Origin: Candidatus Hydrogenedens sp.
Lineage (GTDB): Bacteria; Hydrogenedentota; Hydrogenedentia; Hydrogenedentales; CAITNO01
DNA length: 64,000 bases
Direction: 5' to 3'
Assembly: GCA_012522755.1 (NCBI GenBank)
Contig: JAAYJV010000075.1
Location: 2,276-66,275, forward strand
Under the pieces are notes generated by a model. That model did not search any database. It worked only from the letters and a program-made list of their open reading frames with translations, and was not told where the DNA came from. Positions within the stretch are counted from its first letter, which is position 1; each line of letters opens with the position of its first letter. Shown here in pieces: positions 62,744 to 64,000 of the stretch. Both the position numbers and the translations under genes were made by a program.

Positions 62744-64000
62744 TTACCCGAAGCAAAGCCATAAAGGCTTCCTGAGGCACTTCCACCGTACCGATCTGCT
62801 TCATGCGCTTCTTGCCTTCCCGCTGCTTTTCCAGCAACTTTCTTTTACGGGAAATATCGCCGCCGTAACATTTGGCCGTCACATTTTTGCGAAGCGCTGA
62901 AATGCTTTCACGGACAATCACTTTGTTGTGGATAGCCGCCTGAATGGCCACCTCATACTGCTGGCGGGGGATGAGCTTGCGGAGTTTCTGTGCCAGCGCA
63001 CGGCCCAGACGTACCGCATGATCACGATGGACGATGGTGGACAGGGCATCCACGGAATCGCCATTGAGAAGAATATCCAGTTTCACCAGATCACCCGGCT
63101 GGTTTCCGATGAGCTTATAGTCCAGAGAACCATAGCCGCGGGTCATGCTTTTCAGCCGGTCATAAAAGTCCAGAACAATTTCCGCCAGGGGCATGCGATA
63201 CACGGCCATGCAGCGGTTTCCGTCAATATAGTCCACCCGCACATGAATACCCCGTTTCCGCTTGCACAGTTCAATAATGGCGCTCAGATACTGGGTGGGG
63301 CAGAGGATATCCGCTTCGATATAAGGCTCTTCAATGGTTTGGATTTCGCCGGGCGGCGGCATCTGCGACGCTTTTTCAATGGAAATCTTTTCGCCACTGG
63401 TCAGGGTAATGTCATAGGCCACGTTGGGCATGGTTGTCACCAGGGTCAGCCCGAACTCACGTTCAAGCCGTTCCTGCACAATTTCCATGTGAAGGAGCCC
63501 GAGAAAACCCAGTCGGAAACCCAGCCCCAGTGCATCGGAGCTGTCCGCATGAAAGTGGAAGGAAGCATCGTTCAGTTGAAGCTTTTCCAGAGCCTCCCGC
63601 AACTCTTCGTAATCCGTGGATACTGCGGGATACAAGCCTGAAAAGACGACAGGTTTCGCTTCCGTATAACCCGGCAGGGGTGTTTCAGCCGGTCGATCCG
63701 CATGGGTGACGGTATCGCCTATTTTCGTTTCGTTCAAGGTTTTGATATTGCAGATGAGATAGCCCGCCTCTCCGGCTTTCAGTTCATCCAGCGGCACCAG
63801 ATGAGGCTGAAGAGCGCCCACTTCCGCCACTTCGTGTTTGTTCCCCGTGGCCATGAAACTGATCTTATCGCCAGCCGCAATACTTCCATCAACGACACGC
63901 ATATAGACAATGACGCCTCTGTAGGTGTTGTAAACGGCGTCAAAGATGAGCCCGCGCAAAGGGCCTTTGGGCTCGCCCTGAGGCGGCGGAATACGCTTGA
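62724..64000 (-). CDS. lepA: elongation factor 4 (LepA), C-terminal two thirds; 5' end outside the window
   Basis: The frame stays open to the window edge (KRIPPPQGEPKGPLRGLIFDAVYNTYRG). The LepA C-terminal domain and the classic lepA-lepB order are both present. Confidence 0.9.
   Translation of the reverse strand, partial: KRIPPPQGEPKGPLRGLIFDAVYNTYRGVIVYMRVVDGSIAAGDKISFMATGNKHEVAEVGALQPHLVPLDELKAGEAGYLICNIKTLNETKIGDTVTHADRPAETPLPGYTEAKPVVFSGLYPAVSTDYEELREALEKLQLNDASFHFHADSSDALGLGFRLGFLGLLHMEIVQERLEREFGLTLVTTMPNVAYDITLTSGEKISIEKASQMPPPGEIQTIEEPYIEADILCPTQYLSAIIELCKRKRGIHVRVDYIDGNRCMAVYRMPLAEIVLDFYDRLKSMTRGYGSLDYKLIGNQPGDLVKLDILLNGDSVDALSTIVHRDHAVRLGRALAQKLRKLIPRQQYEVAIQAAIHNKVIVRESISALRKNVTAKCYGGDISRKRKLLEKQREGKKRMKQIGTVEVPQEAFMALLRVSEDDNA

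Overview
64-kb chromosomal window with mid-to-high GC. The gene content (GH95 and GH13 glycosidases, a DUF1080 protein, a beta-helix protein, a giant Ig-repeat surface protein) suggests a PVC-group, Lentisphaerae- or Kiritimatiellae-like bacterium, but this is an unverified guess. I support about 35 protein genes and 4 tRNAs.

Ordinary genes: fadN-fadA, tpx, surE, dapB, a 1162-aa GH13 protein, yicC-gmk, lhgO, an Rrf2 regulator, purE, rhaA, rlmI and an MscK-like channel. At the right end are fetAB, tyrS, lepB and lepA.

Defence island: between tRNA-Leu(CAA) (36983-37069) and about 55.8 kb lies an 18.5-kb block of genes all on the minus strand. It reads like a class-1 DISARM system:
- an SNF2 helicase (DrmD-like);
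- a 1571-aa N6-adenine methyltransferase (DrmMI-like);
- a 2091-aa DExH helicase fused to DUF1998 and a PD-(D/E)xK-like module (DrmA plus DrmB in one protein).
There is no PLD DrmC. A UvrD-like helicase with a RelE/ParE-like N-terminus closes the cluster, and a GxxExxY nuclease gene heads it.

Repeats: four of the five gene junctions in and around the island, plus its tRNA-Leu edge, carry a copy of an AT-rich non-coding element of 0.23-0.52 kb (family B, 5 copies). These have 45-55-nt terminal inverted repeats made of CACGGAA-type heptamers, and their ends coincide with stop codons and RBS regions. Related, larger modular elements (family A, up to 1.3 kb) fill four housekeeping intergenic gaps.

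Other items: an orphan Cas6-like RAMP gene with no CRISPR array in the window, a tRNA-Leu with an apparent AAG anticodon, a membrane protein with a caspase-like His/Cys dyad, and a 600-nt non-coding gap holding a 92-nt hairpin.

All family assignments come from motifs read by eye. None was confirmed by a database search.
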